Source: Lytechinus pictus (Eukaryota). Taken from it: a stretch of DNA of 64,000 nucleotides. Each line of letters begins with the position of its first letter. Position 1 is the stretch's first letter. Below the pieces are notes generated by a model. It was not told where the DNA came from. It saw only the letters and a list, made by a program, of their open reading frames with translations, and ran no database searches. This document shows, one piece after another, positions 63,490 through 64,000 of this stretch. The translations under genes and the position numbers were made by a program. The DNA is taken from NCBI RefSeq assembly GCF_037042905.1, contig NC_087251.1:11596001-11660000 (forward strand), written 5' to 3'.

Positions 63490-64000
63490 TAATATCAAAT
63501 CATGATAGGTTACAACAATGGTAATTCTGTAATGTTAAGTGAAGAATCAAACATTTTTTTACATTAAATTTATTGAAATAAGAGGAAAATCAAATATTTC
63601 ATGTGATAAAATACAAAAGAAATTTTGTGTGGGTGCCATCAACCGTTCCCTCATTTGCACATAACTGACCAGAATGTGCACACTTGTACAACTGTTTTGT
63701 GAAATTTAGCAAAACTTATTGTCATGACTTTTAAAAATATTATTTGACATCCGACTTTAGTGAAATTTTCAGCTTCAAGCTTGTTTAAGTTTTCTCTTTA
63801 ATATCAAATATCAACTTTTTGTTGAGAATAGTTACCCTGTTAATTACATCCTCCTTACAATCAGCTTGAGTTCTTCGTAATCTGGTAGTTTACCTAGATC
63901 AGAATGGGCTGGATATGAAAACTCAGACACGCCTGACCAGTGTTGTTCCTCCTGAGCCTGGTTTTCCCAGGGCTCACAAACGTTTTGTGATGGGTTTGCA

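Overview
AT-rich, repeat-dense eukaryotic genomic DNA. The spliceosomal introns and the TE repertoire suggest an invertebrate deuterostome, most likely a sea urchin (inference). The only recognisable host protein-coding sequence is the 3' part of HAAO (3-hydroxyanthranilate 3,4-dioxygenase): six + strand exons, 3440-17262, with its first exons upstream of the window. Three decayed tandem copies of one HAAO exon precede the functional copy. Most of the rest is transposon-derived: (1) an intron-containing Harbinger transposase remnant inside a HAAO intron; (2) a young Penelope-like (Poseidon-type) retroelement at 42342-46097 with RT and GIY-YIG domains, three nonsense codons and a minimal hammerhead ribozyme in each pseudo-LTR; (3) a Helentron-type element with an internal tandem array; (4) tRNA-derived SINEs; (5) many non-autonomous TIR elements (Kolobok-, hAT-, Zator-, Harbinger-, MULE- and CACTA-like). 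A multilayer nest at 29467-33082 contains a Transib-like element whose ends resemble V(D)J recombination signals (CACAGTG heptamer, 12/23-nt spacers, CAAAA block). Palindromic TA-NN-N'N'-TA octamers such as TACATGTA recur throughout and behave as 6-bp insertions, as expected of excision footprints. Superfamily assignments of non-coding elements rest on terminal and TSD patterns only.
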